In this document: in pieces, positions 26,061 to 39,149 of the stretch | Numbering within the stretch: position 1 is the stretch's first letter | Layout of the letters: each line of letters starts with the position of its first letter | Assembly (NCBI GenBank): GCA_036172245.1 | Contig: JAYWIR010000006.1 | Location: 1 to 64,000, forward strand | DNA from: Raillietiella orientalis | Lineage: Eukaryota | Direction of reading: 5' to 3' | Length of the DNA stretch: 64,000 nt | The notes under the pieces: model-generated | What the model was told of the DNA's origin: nothing | What the model saw: the letters and a program-made list of their open reading frames with translations, nothing else | Database searches by the model: none | Position numbers and translations under genes: made by a program

Positions 26061-26547
26061 ACGCGAGTTGTTCGAGTTGGAAAAGACGGAACATTTGTGT
26101 TTCTTCGACATTTGGTGTTTGCATTTCTTTTTGTCGTTTCGGAGACATGGAAATCTGCATCTGTCTAAAGAATACATTTTGATTTGAGCTCATACGGAAA
26201 ATTCATAGTACGGGGCCGCATCCTGGTCTTCAGTGAACCGAGCAATACGGTAATTACGCTCGTAATTTACACTAGTGCTCAATTTTCCCAGCATTCTTCC
26301 AGACTCTTTCCTTTCTTTTTTCTATTGATGAAAGTGTGGATGGCAGATGCGTTGCACTTTTCCACGTTCTGCCTTCCCATTCAGTCAGAAAAGTACGCTT
26401 TGCTTTTGACGCCTCTTCAATGCGGAAATGCGGAAGCTTTTCTAATCCTTTTTCGAAATCCACTTTGCATGCCGCTCTCTTCCACCAATGCCTTCACAAA
26501 CCACGAATGGTTGGGAAATTGATCGCGGAAACCCCCCTTTTTCCGCG

Positions 26548-26642
26548 ATTCACCATTGGGGAAGCTCCGTCCATAATACACGAGCATATTTGAGGCATTT
26601 CCTGGATGGTTTTCTACAAAGGGTAACCCACTGAGGTGATGC
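26548..26642. repeat. ~95-bp direct repeat, copy 1
   Basis: attcaccattggggaagctc.gtccataatacacgagca.atttgaggcatttcctggatggttttctacaaagggt.acccact.aggtgatgc also occurs at 28498-28592. Confidence 0.9.
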
Positions 26643-28497
26643 CCAATGTTTTTCTTCACTTCATTCCATTAGACAGCGTGTTGTGCTGCAAACTGTTCCG
26701 CTATGTACCGGCAGTTGTCATTTCGCACAGAGCTCCTTGTACAGTATTCGGCAAAGAAATGAACGTTCTTCGTTTCATTGATGTTTTCCTCATGGGCATA
26801 GTGAATGCCTTGAAGGCCAGTCATTGCAATTCCTCGCGGCACAATTCGCTTACAAAGGTCAATGCTTTTCATCTATGTGAATGAAAAGAGAATTCACCTT
26901 CTGAATGCTCGTAATATTTCAAGGGTGGTACTCCTTGCATCCCTGGAAATTCTCGCAATTCACCTTAAATGCCGATGTGCTAAAATTACTCAGAGAAGAA
27001 CGTGATGTTTATTTCTGAGTGTATTTTTCGAGTTTTCACCCCATTTCGACAGTGTGTAATTTCATTTTTCGAATACCGGAAAATCGCATATCTGTTTGGA
27101 GAAAATTCAATGCCTGAGAGAACTCATCTCGTAGACTGACCTTGCACAAGGCGTAACAGCCATCGCAACGATCAGCCACAGATGTGTGAATGATTTTCAC
27201 AAGATGAGCTTTTCTTTCCTTCCCCGTTTTGTATTCCGGGCGATGGCGTCTGATTCCGTTGAAAGCGAAATGCTGACTCCTGGAAAGGCGTGTCGATTAC
27301 AGTTAGTGTGGAAAATACAGGAAACGGAGGGAATTCCGAGTAGAAACCATAATCAGTTTACATGCTTACCACCCCTGGGCCACAAATAAATAACAAAACT
27401 GCAGCCAATGTGAGCGCAATGCTTGCCGGGAATGACTTCTCAGTTCACAGCTGCTAACGAAATGGCATTCCTGCATTCACATGAACTTTGGAATTCCTGC
27501 ATGCTTTTTTATCTTGCTTAATGTTTCATGGCACACACCAAAGTCTTCCTGAAGCGTACTCGACGAATTGTGAGCCCTTCCTCGTGCTCAGATTGCCATG
27601 CAATGGGGAATAGCAGAAACTTGGTCATATGATGAATTGCTATCCGGAAAAATTTGCTTCAAAGTGTACGCAGTCTGCGGAGTGCCATCTAAATAGTGCA
27701 TATACGGATGAGTGCTGATGCACTTTATACACTTACATTGAGGTTTTGTTTTACCAAGTTTCTGAGAAATTGGAAATAGGAAGGCAGGTGGCAAATTTCC
27801 TTTTTTTTTTTTTTCAAATTTACATTTTCAGTACAGCATATTTGGCTGCAAACAAACAAAGAGAAAAGAAAAAAGGCACTCACACACATAATAGAAGGGA
27901 GTGGCGCCCAAAGTACCGAATGGTTGTCATTGCCTCTTTGCGTGCGGGAGCTGACCTGCGGCCCCCTTCCGTCGTGGCCTCACTGAGACCGGGCTGACCG
28001 ACTAGAAGGGGTGGGCGGAGAGTTCCCTAATCTTGGATTCGCGCGGGATGGTCCGTTTTGGGTGTGCGCACGCTTGCCTTGAAGAGACGCTGGAGGTGGC
28101 CACCAAGCTGGACAGGAGCATCGTCGCTGGACGGGGCATGCCGACTAGCGTGCAAATTTGCACGCTAACTTGAATGAATGATACGCATTGCTTTCACGAC
28201 TGCTTTTTTAGAAAGAAAATAAATTGCGTTCACTGCTCGGAGATGAATGTCCATTTCTCATCGCCGATGACGATGGTCCTTTCTCTTCCAGTTGCAGATG
28301 CGTTCTTATTTGCAGCAGCATTGCGTGCGGTGGTTCCGCGCGCACCAGCGACTGCCAATGCTAAAGAGGCTCTTTTTCATGTTGGACCCATTTCTTGCAG
28401 TCTTGCAAGCTGGTGCGGTCGAGCAAACGCTTTACGACGAAGGAGCTGCCGCAGCCGTGCATTCCCGCGATGCATGAGCATTCCCCAATTTTATCGG

Positions 28498-28592
28498 ATT
28501 CACCATTGGGGAAGCTCTGTCCATAATACACGAGCAGATTTGAGGCATTTCCTGGATGGTTTTCTACAAAGGGTCACCCACTCAGGTGATGC
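28498..28592. repeat. ~95-bp direct repeat, copy 2
   Basis: Near-identical to 26548-26642 (four visible substitutions). Confidence 0.9.
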
Positions 28593-29351
28593 ATGATGTT
28601 TGTCTTCATAAAGATCGTTCCTGTTGCAAATGACAAAAGAAGGCACTGATGGGTCGGTGGAGGACGAGGAACGAAAGGAAAGGCTGGAGGAGATGGAAGG
28701 AAGAGGAGGGGAAGAATCGTAGTAAGAGAAGGGCAGGAGGATGGAAGGACGGTTGTCGTGCGAGGACGACGACTTGGAGGTAGAGTGCCTGGAGGAAAAA
28801 GTTACGGGAAAGGAAAGAGACCGCATTAACAAAAAGGGAATCAACGAGGGGTGTAGGAAGAGCAAAAGAGAATCGCAAAGGATTGCATTGTTTGGTGCTG
28901 TTCGCTTTTGTGGCTGTTGCTGTGCTTCCACTTGGGAACGCTCGCACTCGTTCAGGAAATTCAGTGCTGAGCAAGGGCCACGCTCCGATCTAAAAGACGT
29001 CATCCAGTTGATTTGTGGTTCCTCGGGTGCGATGACCGTTCTCCTGGATACCCTTCATTGACGGGAAAAAGGAGGAAGCAAAGAAATTTTCTTGCAGAGT
29101 TCATCGCTTCGGACGTCTTCTGAAGCGCGCCTGAAAGAATGGCATCGAAGACAACAACTCTGTTGCTACGCGACGTGGGAGTTTCAGCCGCAGCCTGGAT
29201 GTGGCGTGAAGAAGCTGGAGGAGGCTTGCGGCGAAGTTTGAGCAATGCCTTTCATGTCGTTCGAGATCAGGATGGTGGTGGACGCATGCTTGATACGGAT
29301 TTGGCCGGAGGAGACCGAAGAGGATGGGCAACACAACCTCATGCTGTTTCT

Positions 29352-30665
29352 CACCCGGGTGCGCCGGGGCGTTTGTTTCTAAACTATCCAGGAACAGAGT
29401 TCCCGGATAAAGGACACAGAAGAAACGAAGAGGAGGATCCCGGACACGGAGGTCGGTAAAGCGAGAGTCAGGAACGGGAGGGTGGGACCACATTAAAAAG
29501 AATACACGTATACAAAAATAGAAATAAAAATATGGAGGGCAGGGGACAGGGGTCTTTGTTGCGGCCGTTTCTTCCTTTCAGAACCGGCGATGGATGCCGG
29601 CGATCTCTCTTCTAACGCCCACTGGAAGATGGGCCTACTCGGCAGCCGACGCCATGTTCACGCCAGCTATTCCAGTGGCCTGACGACACATCGCCAGCTT
29701 CTCCAGCTCTCGGTGGTCCTTATCGATGGCGCGGGTGCAACAGACCGTTGCGATGACAGCTCCTAAGAACAGGCCGCCTGGCCTGAAGAAGCGGCGCATC
29801 TACTCTCTTGCGGTATCCCCCTGGTGCTGCATAGCTGATGCCATTCTCCGTCATAGTCCTCGGAGGGCACCGCAGTCCAAGAGCAGGTGCGGGAGCGTTT
29901 CCACTTCCCCTCACCGTTTACAGTTCGGAGAGACAACTCCCCCGGAAACACGGTTCTTCCGCTGCTTGGAGTGAAATCCCCAATGCACCAGCATGATGAC
30001 GTCCTGTTTCCAGCTCTAAGGAAACACATTAGTGTTCAAGCAGGAGGGAGGGAGGGACCACAAGTTCATCGGGGGGCACACTCAAATGTTCGCTTCACCG
30101 AAGGAGTCCCTTCGCAATGTTGCGAGGTGTGGCGGTGTCTGCCAGCTCGCAAGTCCTCCAGCCGCCAATGGGTTGTGTTGTTCCTGCGATGGTGCAGGCG
30201 ACCTCCCATCTCGCCGGTTCCCAGCTGTCATCTCTTGCCCTGCGGGCTGACAGCGCGTCGGCGAGGGGGGTGACGGCCAGGCGAGTCCACTTCTCCTGGC
30301 TGTTCCAGACCTCATCCACCGTGCAGTACGGGGCGAGCTTGGCTCAACGGAATTCCAAGAGCGAAACATCCTTTTGCTTTGCCCAGGCATGCAACGGTTC
30401 GTGCCGCCAGGCGTCAAAGTTCGTTGGGAGGCAGGAGATCCATGCGTGGGCTACCAGGAGCCGGTAGAGAGGTTTCAAGGGGAAACCGAAGCATGCTGCC
30501 GCATGCTGTCGGGGGACAGCAGCGGCCGGAATTGCAACCTCGCAGTCCAGGAAGAACGTCTGCAAAGACATCCACAACCTCGGTTGCTCCATCGGGACGA
30601 CCGCGGGCAGCACGCAACTCACTGCCGTTTTGTTTAGGCGGATGCGAGGCGGCCTGCAGACGTCG
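29352..30665 (-). mobile_element. Tx1/L1-clade LINE 3' fragment (subfamily B)
   Basis: FGFPLKPLYRLLVAHAWISCLPTNFDAWRHEPLHAWAK closely matches 51710-51830; terminal motif aaacaaacgccccggcgcacccgggtg on the minus strand at 29352-29379. Confidence 0.88.
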
Positions 30666-32720
30666 GAGCCATAGGTGCTCCCAGGCTTGGCGGAAGGGCG
30701 TCCGCTCATCTTCAATAAAAAGAGACTATACTGCTAATTATGGTCTCGTTGGGAGTTTTCTGGAGGGGAAAGGGGGACGAGGAGGAGGAAGGCTGGTTGT
30801 ACCTAGGTAAGGGGCGCTGTTCCCGGGAATGACTTCCTATACTATGGATTGTCTCTGAGCATCCTGCTTCCTCTGCTGTGCTGCTTGTCCACCGCATCCG
30901 AAGGGAAGATGTCCTTTCCCCATGGGGAAACTATGCTCTGGGATAGCTGATGCAGCATTCCAGTATCCCCGAGATCCAGTGACACAAATATCTTCGCCTG
31001 CGGTCGCTATGCTGCCCTGGCACCGGAAATAGATCGGTTTCCGGGATGGAACTCCTTCGGGGAAGGGAATCGTTCGGGCGTTCGAGGGAATCTCCTTCCG
31101 CTTATCTGTGGGGTGCGCCAAGCGATCTGCGGAGCTCTCCTGCCACCGACCAAGCCTGGCGACGTTCAATGCTGCCTTCCCACTCGTGGCTCCCTATTTT
31201 CGTGCACGAGTTCCGTCCCCTCTTCATGTGCAGAGCAGGAAAATCACGCGAACCGCTTCCCCTGGTGATTGCGAGCTCCGCTGGCCGCGGGAACGTTTCC
31301 CTTCGTTGCGGCGTGCTTTCCGCCTCCTCATCGCATTGGTTCCGCAGCGAATGTCCTGCTGTTCCCCCTGGAGCTGCTCTTCCTTTCCGGAGGTCGCCTT
31401 GTTCGTTTTGGTCTTGGATTTGCCATGTGGTACTCTTCGTGGGCTTCCAACTGGCTTCTTCCGGCATTGCAGCGAGAACGCGGTATTGTTCGAGGGATGC
31501 TTTCTTCTTATTTGTGTTGCAAAATTTCTTTCCGAGCCACTTGCATTTCCTTCGGACAGAAACCAAAGTGTGTTTCTACCGCTACCCTGCTCTCTCTGGT
31601 ACGCATCTATCTGCTCCAGGAAGAGTTTTCATTTTTTTTTCTTTTAAACTCTCCAACAGGCGCTTTCAAATAGTCATGAAGAGTTTATTATTTTCAATTG
31701 ATTAAGGCAACTAGCTAAGGAATCCTGGTCCATGGAAGAAACTGAGGTAGAATGTCATGGGACCCATCGCTATGAAGTTATATTGTGTACTTCTCGTTCA
31801 ATTACGCTGAATGACTCCGTTGACAATCGGTGCTTCGTATGTGTAATTCGTATCCATCCCTTATCCCATTTTACATGTTGATCACATTCGACCACCGATT
31901 AAAACAAGCAGAAAGTGTTTGGTGTTGTCAACATGAACGCAAATTCAGTGCTGCCATCACGAGATTGCTCCATCTGCAAATGCTCATTAAGGTGGAACCC
32001 ACTTTATCGGGAAGAGAACGTACAGACATGCAGACTTGAATTTTCTGTAGATCGTTCGTAAGGACTCATCAAAGTCGGTTGCTTTTTCCTGGATACAAAG
32101 ATACTTTCTTTGGTACACGGAATGAACCTTACTCATGCATTTGTTGAAATACTGTCTGAAGAGAACACCCAAAAAGGATTCTGCATTGCTTCAGAAAGTC
32201 TTTTTAAAATTGGTTATACATAAAGATGGACTTGAATTTATTTAGGCTGCTGTTTTTCTATTTGAATTTATTCACAATTCCCTTGGTAGAGGTAACGGTT
32301 CGTTGATGCTTTCATTTCTTTTGGCGTGCATGGCAGACCTTTTTCCTGTTGCTTATACCGATTTTGTCCATGAAATTCCATCTCCATGTTTGATACAGAG
32401 AAACCCACATTTCCACAGTTCACTTTTAAACTGCTGCATGTCGTTCTTCATGAAGAGCTGTTTCCCAAGAACGAAGTGCTCACTTTCCTTGCCATTTTCT
32501 TCCCGTCGACGCATGGGGCTGCTGATCAACGACCATCTAAGAGTGTTTTTCTTGGGTTTGGAGTGCTTCGACTGCTTGATTTCCTTGTACGACAGAAAAT
32601 AGACTCTGTTCTTCGCAGGAAGTAGTATGGAAGCAACCCACTAAACGGAACCTGATTTTTTCCTTATCTCTACAGATCCATGACCCTATTGGAAGGTTCG
32701 CTTCTTCAGCGCACAATTCG

Positions 32721-33960
32721 CTCACTGGTTAGCCAAGGTACTTGAAGTACCGTGGCTAACCAGTGAGGATCCCCAGGCGGATGCAGTCCGGCTGCCCCTC
32801 CAACAACGCTCCAACCGGTACGACCTTTGACTTCGTCCCTTGCCCGCACCCCGGCATATGAGCTCAAAAAATCTCTCGAGCTTCGTCAAGAAAGTGAAGC
32901 AGATCGTCAGCGCAGATCACCGCGGTCCGAGAACACGGGCAGGACGTCGGCTGGTTGGCAAGGGTTGTCCTGTACCCGCTCAGCACCATTCGAAGTAGGC
33001 GCTGAACAAGGTGGTGCTAGGGCTGTCACCTTGCCTAATTCCTCGGTGCTCCGACAGACCGTAAAAGTGGCGACCGCTGAAAGCACTATTTATTGGACCG
33101 TCGCGCCATAGCGAGCGCTGGCACTGCAGGAAGCAGTATGGAAGTCTAAGGCGCTCCGGGAGTTTCAGAAGGACCTCCTCGTTCACGCGGTCGGACGCTT
33201 TGCGCAAGTGTACCGCGATCGAGAGAGCCCAGTCCCTCTGCCTTTCGGCGAGTACGGTTCCCCGAGCCCTTCCGGGAGAGCTTATTGCTAAGGGTGTCCG
33301 CTGCAACTCGCTGTTGCAACCTGATCCAGGTTCGCGCGGGGAACAAGATCGACTCCCTACTTTTGCCCGTAACAGCATGGCTCAGCTCGAGTTGATGAAG
33401 GAGGTCGCCATCCTCCCAGCCGCGGTGTCCATATCCTGGAGAGCACTTTACCAGAGTAATCGGACACCAATTGCCCAGGTTCTGGGAATCTGCTCCTATT
33501 GGCGGAAGACAGTCTCTGTCTGACCGAAAAGAGGCTACCACATCGCCTCCGTCCAGGAGCAGCACGGTCAGCATCAGTACCAAGGAGGCTAGCAAGGCAA
33601 GGTCTCTTCTGCAAAGTTTCGATAGAATAACGTGGGTAGACCGTCGTCCTCTGGAACTTTTCTCCTTACGAGCGCCCCACTGGAGACGATGACCTCCGTC
33701 ATCGAGAACGGCTCTTTTTAGCGCGCTCGTTCCTCCTCCCCTATCGCAGCGGTGCACTCCTCGAACAGTCTCGAAAGAAAGGCATTTCCCACCTGTGCCC
33801 TTGCATTGAGAAAAGAGTAGAAATCGCGCACTAATCGGTGGACATAGGACGGTACCGAGCAATCCTGGCCTCGGTCGTTTAGCAGGCACGCCGCTGCAGA
33901 CTGTCGCTTGGCTCTGGCCTTGAATTCGACCAGCCTTCGGACGTCATGGTGTCTCCGTGG
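32721..33960 (-). mobile_element. Degenerate LINE ORF2 fragment (pre-RT and RT core)
   Basis: LGNWCPITL, AVHLRKASDRV (DLxKAFDRV), HRGIRQGDSPSTTLFSAYFE; gatctgcgctgacgatctg (ADDL) on the minus strand near 32900. Confidence 0.8.
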
Positions 33961-34446
33961 GGTGCTCGCTTGCAAAAAAACACTTCTATTTTACTGACCT
34001 TTCCCGATTTCGGATGGTAGGAGAGCCGATGGCAACTTTTCGCAAAATTCTCGGACTGATCTTTTCAGATCGTTTTATTTCGCGAGTTCCCGAATTTCAA
34101 AGTCGCGGTGGCACTGGCGAAGGCGCTTTTACGGTGGCTCTGGATGGCTACGACTTTCGTCCGGCTTCCTCCAAACGTTCATTGCCGAGCGGGAGGAGCA
34201 CAAACTCCTACCGAAGGTAGTTGGAAAGCGCGAACAGTACTCTTCCTCTGTTCCCTGCACGGGAATTCAATTCATCATCAAGAAAGGCGCCAACCGGCGT
34301 GTCCAACTGTCCATCCCAGGTGCTCTGGCCAGCAAGATGAGTGCACGCACTGACCCCCACATCTCGATGGGCGGCGATTTTTCTCACGGGTAGCTGCTCT
34401 CGTGCTTAAGCAGGTGGAACTTAAAGCTTTCCGGCGACGAGGCGTG

Positions 34447-35570
34447 CCACCCTGGTGCCGGAGACATTGAGCCATTCGCTCTGTATTCTCCGAAGAACTG
34501 AATCGGAGAAGACATTGCAGGCCATTTCGCTATGCCCGATTTGCGTGTCGGGAACACCAAAAATCCAGAACGGGAAGGACGGGATACAGGGTGATATGCA
34601 GATATGCAGGGTGGAGGTAGAGGACAGGGAAATTTGGCTTCGACCGTTCATCCTTTCAGAACGGGCGTTGTATACTGGTGAGTGGGGTCCTCACTTCTTT
34701 AAGATGACGCAATCTGGAAGCTGCTCTCATTTTGGTACCAGCAGCAATCTCGGTGACCTCTCTTGGAACCGCCTGTGACTCCAACTGGTTGCGGGACGTG
34801 ACTATGACGCGGATGTAACAGAGCATTGCGATGACCGCACCTAGGAGGCTTCCGCGCGTGAAGCGGCGTATCACGTCCATTGAGGTCTCCTCCGGATGCA
34901 GGAGCGCTGAAGACAGCCTTCACCACGGTCCTTGGAGGGAACAAACCGTCGAAGAGCAGGTGCGGGAGCGATTCCCCTGCTCCGCGCCTCCCACTGTACG
35001 AGGATGCAACTACCTCCTCCCTTGGTTCGTGCGCTGGCTGCAATGGAAACAGCATTGGACCAGCAGAAGCACGTCCTGTTTCGATGGTAGGGGGAACTCC
35101 GAAGTGTACACGCACGAGGGAGGGACTACAAGTTCTTCGGGGGACACACGGAACACCTCGTTCCTCTGAAGGAGTCCTTTCGCACAATTGGAAGTGGCAA
35201 CGTTTGCCAGCTCGCTCCTCTCCCAGCTGCTTAAGGGTCTTGTTTCTCCAGCAAGCGTGTAGAAGAGCTCCCATACCGCCAGCAGGCTACTGTCGTGGCT
35301 TGCCCTTAGGTTGGACAGCGTTGCTGCAAGGAGCGTAGCGGCCAGGCTATTCCTCTTGCTCTGGTCTTGCATCACATCCTCCAAGGGAAGGTTGGAGGGA
35401 GGTGTACTCAACGAAGTTGGCTTGGCAACACTTCCTGATGCCTTTCTGAGGAAGGTTTCGATAAGAAGAACGGGAAAGTCTTCTCCACGCCATTCCACTC
35501 TTGGGAAGCGATGTAGCCGCGGCAGCGGTGGCCAACGCGGGACCTCCGGAGGATGGGGAAATGCGGACAT
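34447..35570 (-). mobile_element. Degenerate LINE 3' fragment (subfamily B-like)
   Basis: VSPEELVVPPSCVYTSEFPLPSKQDVLLLVQ, GESLPHLLF, RRFTRGSLLGAVIAMLC; degenerate terminal hairpin motif at 34447-34470. Confidence 0.8.
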
Positions 35571-36030
35571 ATATTGCCTTAGGCTATAAATAAGCAATCA
35601 GATATAAGGTAAGCCACCTAAAGGAGAGCGATTCTCCAGCTCGACCGAAGACCAACGAGGGTCGGGGTACGCGAGGGAGACTTAGAGTCCCTCATACTGC
35701 TTGCAAAAACGAAGGCTGGGAATTGGTCTGCAAAAGAACAGAGTTCACCCGGCGACTTTTTCGAACGTCATTCAGCATCGAGAAACCAAGGGAGGATCAG
35801 TCTTTCGCTCTTCACTTGTCGGGCGCGTCCGACGACGAGGAGACTGCGGCGCTGGAGGATCACACCACCATGCACTCCCTGTGGCTGAAAGGAAAACTTT
35901 TGAAGAGTTTCAAATGTGTGTTCAGTGGACTTGGTGCGGTGCGCGTTTCCGCTGGGAGGGAAAAATTTCCCCGTAAAGTGGAGATGAGAGGAAGAAACGT
36001 CGAACTCTGGTTTGTGGGGAACTCTTGAAC

Positions 36031-36120
36031 TTGAAAAGTGATTTAGCTAATTTTGTTCAGAATAATGATGGAATTCTAGTCAAAGGCTCACGTGGAATGA
36101 AAATGGATCTTATAGTGTAG
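36031..36120 (+). pseudogene. murF: 3' end of bacterial murF (left edge of Wolbachia-like insertion)
   Basis: LKSDLANFVQNNDGILVKGSRGMKMDLIV; the VKGSRGM motif is typical of the MurF C-terminus; abrupt drop in GC. Confidence 0.7.
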
Positions 36121-36189
36121 AGATTCATAATAGAATATTAACTGAGATTGCTGTATTAATTTAGGGTTAAGTTATTAGAAATCTTAATC

Positions 36190-37121
36190 GTGACAAAACG
36201 CACAGTTATTTTTGGTTTCTAGGAAAACACATCGTAAGACGCCTGGCAGCAGCCGAGTATTGAATAAGAATATTTACTCGTGACCAGGAAAAAGCTGCTT
36301 GCCTCAAACTATGTGGAAATTTCGGGCAAATCTCAGTACTTAGAGGCGATTTTTTCAATGAAAAATCAATTTTGGAAAGTATGGAGGAATGTGATGCAGT
36401 CGTGAACTTGGTAGGAATATTATATGGAGCAAAAAAGCATGATTTCTACGCTGTTCACGTTGACATGGCTGGAAGAATAGCAAGAGCTGCAAAGATTGAA
36501 AAATGTACCCATGATGATACATGTTTCTGCTATGGGGATAGAAAATAGCAAGCTGCCATAATATGCTCCGAGTAAATTGGAAGACGAAAAAGCTGTAACT
36601 TCAGCATTTCCAGAAGCAATCATAATTAGGCCCAGTCTTGTATTTGGCAAAGAAGATAGTTTCTTTACTAAATTTGCAAAGTTAGCGACAATTCTTCCTT
36701 TTTTGCTGAAGATTGGCGGTGGAACAACTACATTTCAGCCGATATGTGCAACTGACCGAGCTGAAGTAGTATATCGCATAATCAACCTTAACAAAAAAGA
36801 CAAGAAAATCCACATAATAGGCGCACCAAAGTTCTATTCTTTCAAAAGCCTATTAAAGTTTATTTCGAATGTTACTAACACAAAGTGCTTGTTAGTCAAC
36901 GTATCCTTTCGAATGGCAAAGTTAATGGCTTTTTTCCTAGAAAGTACAATCATTTCTATGTTGCTAAAGCCTATAACCGGTGAGATGCAAGCCCCATGCT
37001 TACTCGATATCGGGTGAAAGTTATGATGAGCAGCTCAATCGAAAAATCAACTGACCTTGGAACAATTATCAATTTGAAAATATAGATGCCAGAATACTGG
37101 AAGGTTTATAGAAAGCATTGA
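36190..37121 (+). pseudogene. Complex I NDUFA9-family / NAD-dependent epimerase pseudogene, alphaproteobacterial type
   Basis: VIFG..FLGKHIVRRLAA, CDAVVNLVGILY, EAIIIRPSLVFGKEDSFF, TFQPI; intronless, with deletion, stop and frameshifts. Confidence 0.85.
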
Positions 37122-37534
37122 GGAGAAAGCGTGAAGGGGGCTGCAAAGAAATTTAAAATTGGCAAGACAGCTTCACAGGGGAAAAAAAAAAAGACGTGAG
37201 GAAAGAGGAGATTTTTAGTCAAAAAAAAGCCTGGAAGTGTGGGTCATAATTATAAAATTACCGACTGGGATGCACCTGCTGATACCAATTCCACTACACA
37301 GAAAGCGGACAGACGAAAGTGGAAAAAAGCTATAACGTCATTTAATGGAAACAAAAAAAAACTACTTGAAAATCTTCACCAGTTCCATTATCATAGGATT
37401 GGAGATATTCAGTTAATCTTTATCTGTGCAGATGAAACGACAAGAGTATTAAGGTTGGCGTCTTATGTTTAATTTTTTGCACTATGTGCACCTCATGTCC
37501 TTATTAATTTCACATAGACTTCTAGGTTTTTCCT

Positions 37535-37815
37535 TATGCAAGCTGAAACGCGTTTATAAGTCGTTTGAGACAGCATAGTACGCCAATTTGCAGGATTAAA
37601 GGGTGAGCAACTTCTACCAGGGATTCTTTTGCCTTTTTTTCTGCTTAGCAAGTTTCTTAGTACTTAAGCTAAGGGTCTGTTGCAGTTCCAAAGTCGCTGA
37701 ATTGCAGCGTTTAGGACTTTAAAAAACGCCACTACTAAAAATAGACAATGGCCAAGGATTTTTTTGCCTTTTTTTCTGTTTAGTAAATTTCTAAAATCTT
37801 ATAGCTTAAGCAATT
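37535..37815. repeat. Two imperfect ~135-bp tandem units of a Wolbachia-type intergenic repeat
   Basis: ggatt.ttttgccttttttt(t)ctg.ttag.aa.tttct recurs at ~37621 and ~37756; caagctgaaacgcg.ttataag start recalled from Wolbachia intergenic repeats. Confidence 0.55.
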
Positions 37816-38049
37816 GGAAGAGCACACAAAAAACGCTAATATTTAAAATAATTGCCCTTCTTCTAGGTTATGCGAGAAGTCTAACCTCTTTTTGAAAAAA
37901 ACATTTCCAGTGAAATCACCATGTCAATCAAAGTTACAAAAGACGTAATTATTTACTTTCTTTTTAAACATACATAAAATAAGAATGTACTATTATTATA
38001 ACAAAGTTCGGTATATTAGTTGACATTTAAGCGCAGTGAGATAGAGCAT

Positions 38050-38783
38050 TGAGGAGGTGAAGTGGCCCCAAGCGCCCTGCAACAGGACATCCCTCCCCTT
38101 GAAATGGCAGGAGGTGGCGTTGCTTGTGGTACATTGGGGTTTACCTTTCAAAGCACGCCTGCATCACTGCACACGGGGGAGCTGCAGACTCCCAGTGCGA
38201 CCGGTGCGGGTAAAAAGAGACATTCCCCCACCTTCTTCTCGTATGCAGAGCCATCCGCCCTTTATGGAATCGTCTTATGGCGATCCTGGACATCCGCGGA
38301 GGCGCCCCCAAGGACGTTTTCAGGCGCCTCTTCTCTCGTGACGCCATGTGCCAGCCCGCCTGGGTAGCAGTTCTCTGTTGCATTCGAGGGAGCGAGGCGG
38401 CTTGGAAGGCGACAAGAAGGCGCCAAGCCTGCGGCAACGCCTTACTTTGGACTCGCCTTTTCGTACGAAGCGTGTGCAAGTGGCGCCTTTTAGGCGCAGA
38501 TAGGCCGCAGCTTGTGAGGATCCTGAACAGGATCAAGAGGACCGTTCCGCGCGCACTGTGATTCCCTCCCCGCCCTCCCATGCCCAGAACAGTGGTTCCC
38601 TCCCTACTTTTGAACTCTTTGATTCTTTTGTTTTCTTGTATCCCAACCCCAGCGCGTCGGAAGGACCTCGCCGGTTCCGCACCGGCAAGAAGCAAACTGT
38701 CTTGGTGTGGAGAGCCAATGGACTCGGCACGGGAAAATTCCCGTGTTTTTATTATTAAATACATGCCCCGTCATATCCTGGTG
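38050..38783 (+). mobile_element. LINE 3' fragment (subfamily A) inserted in the Wolbachia-like DNA
   Basis: EEVKWPQAPCNRTSLPLKWQEVALLVVHWGL, ILDIRGGAPKDVFRRLFSRDA; stop at 38559-38561; T-rich UTR; degenerate terminal motif 38757-38783. Confidence 0.85.
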
Positions 38784-38834
38784 AAAATGAGATAGAGTAT
38801 TACTATCGGTTTTGTGGTTATGTTGTAATCAGTA

Positions 38835-38908
38835 TGAAAATAGTGCGATTCGAACGCACGGCCTTCGGTTTAGGAATCCAACGCTCTATGCTACTGAGCT
38901 ATAGTCCC
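38835..38908 (-). tRNA. Bacterial-type tRNA-Arg(CCT) pseudogene
   Basis: Minus strand GGGACTA TA GCTC AGTAGCATA GAGC G TTGGA TTCCTAA ACCGA AGGCC GTGCG TTCGAAT CGCAC TATTTTC A; D and T arms intact, acceptor and anticodon stems mismatched. Confidence 0.8.
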
Positions 38909-39149
38909 GTGTTTTCTGTTATCTGCACAAAATCATCGCAAAAAATCTCGTACTTTTCTAGATCTCCTGCGTCACCCATTTATAATGACAAAAAACATTT
39001 CTGTATTTTTCTTGAGTATGATGAAATTATATTTAATAATACGGTTTCAATTGATGCTTGTTAACAACATTAGTTATTCCTAAAGCAGTCAAGACGATTT
39101 CGCTTTAAGCAACATGAAGGTTGAGGAAAAGAGAGGAAAACAGTACTGG

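Noticed and set aside
27902..27911. TGGCGCCCAA tRNA-Lys primer-binding-site-like string
   Set aside because: Match stops after 10 nt, and no LTR or gag/pol is adjacent
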